A stretch of 64,000 nucleotides of DNA from Podarcis melisellensis (Eukaryota). The notes beneath the pieces are model-generated. The model ran no database searches. It saw nothing but the letters and a program-made list of their open reading frames with translations, and was not told where the DNA came from. Below, piece by piece: positions 61,296 to 64,000 of this stretch. The stretch lies in the NCBI GenBank assembly GCA_964234715.1, contig OZ174292.1. One strand, given 5' to 3'. Made by a program: the position numbers and the translations under genes. The stretch's first letter is position 1. Every line of letters begins with the position of its first letter.

Positions 61296-63069
61296 AGAGC
61301 AAGTAATGTGGGGGGCAGGTGTGTGCATAAATTGCCAGAGCATGAGTTAGCTCTGTATTCAAGTTACACCTGTCCAGGAATTCAGGATTTCCTGGTACTA
61401 GTGCAGCAGCAAAAATTTAGTTGTTTGTAAATGGATGCTAAAAATTCAGAATTATTCAGGTGTGGCTGTTTTCAAGAGGATGCTTTGTGAATGTTATATG
61501 ATGGGACTGAATCCAGAAGCAGTTGGGCACTCAACAAACAGAAGTGAGAGAACATCTCTATATACTGTACCTTCAGGGGGCACTTTAGGATTTAATGTTT
61601 GTCCTTGTAACAGATTCCGGCATGAGCTGCAGGCCTTAAAAGTCCACATTCCTGTATCCCTCATTGCTCCCAGCTGCCTACTGCACATTCTTTATTTAGC
61701 TCAGCCTTGTAAATGGGTTTGCAAAAAGTTACTAGTCCATTCATACCTTCAGTTGATACCGATGTATTTTATTTTAGGCATTTATGGCCCAGCCTTCATT
61801 AGGGACTGAAAGATAGCCACAAAAGCGGGGAAGCTCTCCTCAACTCTCTACATAAGTTCCCCTACTTTTGGAACATGGAACATGGAATAGTAGTGTTGTT
61901 TATTCATTCACCACATTTTTATCTGTTTCTCCAAGGAGTTCAGGGCAGCTGGATCGCGATTTTCTCCATTTCATTCCCTTAGGCAGCAGAGTCTGGGTGC
62001 CATGAAAAACTAGCCAATGTTACCTTTTCGTTGATTGCTCTATTTTTACTCCCATGGGATGAATGGCACTTATGGGACTTTCTGCCGTGGGTGCCAAAAT
62101 AACTTGGCCAGTCTAGGGTCCTATACACCTGGACTTGAGGAGCAGGTACTGTTTGCTGTTCTGCCCCAGGTAGAAAAATGTGTTGGGCTGGCTGTGTTGC
62201 TCTTAACAATCCTTCAGGGCAGGGTAGATGGAGAGGATAATGACTGATCCAAAGTCACTGAGTGAGATTCCTGGTTAAGATTTGGAAACAATTTCCCCCA
62301 GTACTGAATTCAGCACCCTGTTCTCTAAATCACCTTGGCAGGCTACCAAATGGAATATTGTTCCTCATCAGTTGTTTGGGCTTTTAAAAAGGTGTCTTTG
62401 AAATCCATTATCAATAGTGGTTGAGCCCATATAAGATCAATAAAATATGCTAGAAATTGCTACATAGCTTTTGAGGTTGTAATGAAGGAAAAGACTGTTT
62501 CATTAGTATTTGCAGTATTAAAGATGTATTACTGAAATAATTTCTTAGGTATTATTACAGAAATGTCCAGCTGTTTAATCCCTTTATATCTATTGGTAGT
62601 ATTTTGGGAGCTCAGCAGCTGAAATGTGTATCACCCACTCTCAGAAAAAAAATATGCACCTTATAATATAATTGGGTTCTTAAAAAACCTGAGCAATAAC
62701 AAATAGAAAGCAATTAACAAAATGATGTACGTGTAATGGTAAGGTAGATGACTTTATGCTAAATTCGTTACAAACTGATCACTGTGTATGCTTTTGGTTG
62801 GGATGGTAAATCTGTGGTCCTCCAGATGTTGTTGGACTCCAACTCCCATCATCCCTAGCCAGCATGGCCAACGGTCAGGGTTTATGGGAATTGTAGTCCA
62901 GTGCAGGTCTAGAGGCTCCCAATTTAAGCATCTTTTGAGACCTGGTTGATTAGTTACTGAGCCTTGGCTCATTACTAGGGTATGAGGAGATATGCATACA
63001 TGCCAATGAGCAATTGCTGTTTTTCTATCTCTGGCAGAAACTGCAACACTAGGGGAGAAGCCTTGTATG

Positions 63070-63082
63070 GTTTCTTAGCAAC
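63070..63082. promoter_or_regulatory. RFX X-box candidate
   Basis: GTTTCTTAGCAAC. Confidence 0.4.
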
Positions 63083-64000
63083 GGCAGGATGCACTCCCAC
63101 CCATTTGGGGCTGATCTGGAAGTGGTTAAGGAGCATGTCATCCAGTTACTAGGCAGCTGCAAAGGACTTTGTTTAAAGATTCGAATTCCCATTCAGTCAA
63201 CTCCACCAACCAGAAGCAAGAGAAGGGAGGAGATCCAAGTGCAAGCATGACCAGGGCTGTGTGTGCTAAAATAAGCAAAATTCTGCATCCAGGTAACCCC
63301 AGTTCTGTGCCAAGAAAAGCTGATATCTGCAATCTGTGTAAATTAAGCACCTTTACATGGTTTCTTTTATTTTGTGTCATTTGTATATCTACTTCTGGAA
63401 GTGACGGGGAAGAGTGATAGCAACCTGTGTGGTGGGACAGGACTACAGAACAGCCATCCCATCACCAGCATCGGTGCAGCTTCGCTGAACGGGGCTCTGG
63501 TGGAGCAGCATTGTGGTGAGGTCTGGGCTGTGCAGATGCACCGGCAGAGCCAAACCAGCATCCCTGTCAGTGCACCCACACAGCTGCGACCTCACTGCCA
63601 CCCCGCCCCAGCCCTGCCCATGTGAACTGCGATAATGCTGATGGCAGGAGGGTTGCCCCTCCCCACCACTCTGGCTGCTACTGGGAAGGAACAAAGAGAT
63701 ATGCAAAGGAGACTGAAGCGCCACCCACTGACCACTAAAGAGCTCTATCAGCCGCTCCAGTTGGTATCCAATAGCCAGCTCTGCACAGTTCCTCTCATTA
63801 TGCAGAATAGCAGTGTTCCTACAGCCCTGGCCATGGCTTTGGAATCTGTCCCCTGAATTAGGCCTCCTTCAGACACTCATCCAGTCATGCAGGGAGCCCA
63901 TGCGACTGGCATTGCCCAAGTGGTTCCTGGAGTTTGCACACATAGCACACCTGCAGGGGGGCACACCTTAACAAATGAGCTCCCACATGCCTGGTTGAGT

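Noticed and set aside
63949-63965. CTCF-like motif CCTGCAGGGGGGCAC
   Set aside because: An extra G disrupts the core spacing.

Overview
Repeat-rich vertebrate genomic DNA, most likely from a lacertid lizard. This is inferred from the mix of BovB, CR1, L2, Sauria SINE, Squam3-like SINE and tRNA-Lys/CR1-tail SINE sequences. There are three assembly gaps. I could not recognise any complete protein-coding gene, and almost all listed ORFs are spurious or transposon-derived. The main host feature is a CpG island at about 21.3-24.2 kb. It has two CCAAT/GC-box promoter modules and a probable first exon ending in a strong-Kozak ATGGCCTG|GTAAG, followed by what looks like a first intron of more than 40 kb. 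A near-consensus RE1/NRSE at 33790-33810 and RFX X-boxes suggest a neuronal gene, but I could not identify it. The least obvious feature is a heavily decayed hAT transposase fossil (Tip100/KIAA1586-like) at about 5.0-9.5 kb, broken by nested CR1, SINE and L2 insertions. Many hAT MITEs with 8-bp TSDs are present, one carrying TTAGGG repeats. The window also holds Tc1/mariner-type MITEs, a Rex1/Babar 3' end and a TSD-flanked 3'UTR-like retro-insert. I found no convincing new biological system. Family names come from recalled motifs, not database searches.
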